Positions 63,943-64,000 of a stretch of DNA of 64,000 nt are shown piece after piece; positions within the stretch are counted from its first letter, which is position 1; each line of letters begins with the position of its first letter. The stretch covers positions 95,359,229 through 95,423,228 of the forward strand of contig NC_068989.1 in assembly GCF_001194135.2 (NCBI RefSeq). Direction: 5' to 3'. The position numbers and the translations under genes were made by a program. The notes under the pieces are model-generated. The model had not been told where the DNA came from. It did not search any database and worked only from the letters and a program-made list of their open reading frames with translations. This DNA is from Octopus bimaculoides. Lineage: Eukaryota.

Positions 63943-64000
63943 CAAGCATTTTGTCCAGAACTTTGCAAATCATCATCATCATTTGGCACCAATCTTCCAT

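Noticed and set aside
58324-64000. Upstream RXYLT1 exon (expected LCNFLGT-like motif)
   Set aside because: Not found by eye on the minus strand; it probably lies beyond the window.

Overview
AT-rich, microsatellite-dense animal DNA with eight N-gaps (491-864, 7869-7888, 21997-22722, 35474-35586, 42526-42719, 43975-43996, 47776-48334, 56576-57289). The repeat families look like those of octopod cephalopods (Octopus-like); this is inferred from recognising the repeats, not from a database search. Only one host coding exon is well supported: the terminal exon of RXYLT1/TMEM5 (minus strand, 57897-58323). The rest is three abundant SINE-like families plus decayed Tc1, mariner, hAT, Helitron, RTE, CR1-like, R4/Dong-like and Penelope-like (PLE) fragments. 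Two things stand out. (1) About eleven hammerhead-ribozyme-like motifs (CUGANGA / stem II / GAAA / short palindromic stem III / UH) of several sequence types occur on both strands. They range from apparently intact (18884-18936 minus; 63317-63363 plus, inside a tRNA-headed SINE) to decayed, and mostly lie in 200-300 bp non-coding units next to microsatellites or a PLE. This suggests a diverse set of small non-autonomous retroelements that could be PLE-mobilised. (2) A ~3 kb head-to-head (fold-back) array of a 15-bp unit at 27495-30470 has arm-specific higher-order structure. All alignments and RNA pairings were done by eye, and repeat boundaries are approximate (about +/-20 bp).
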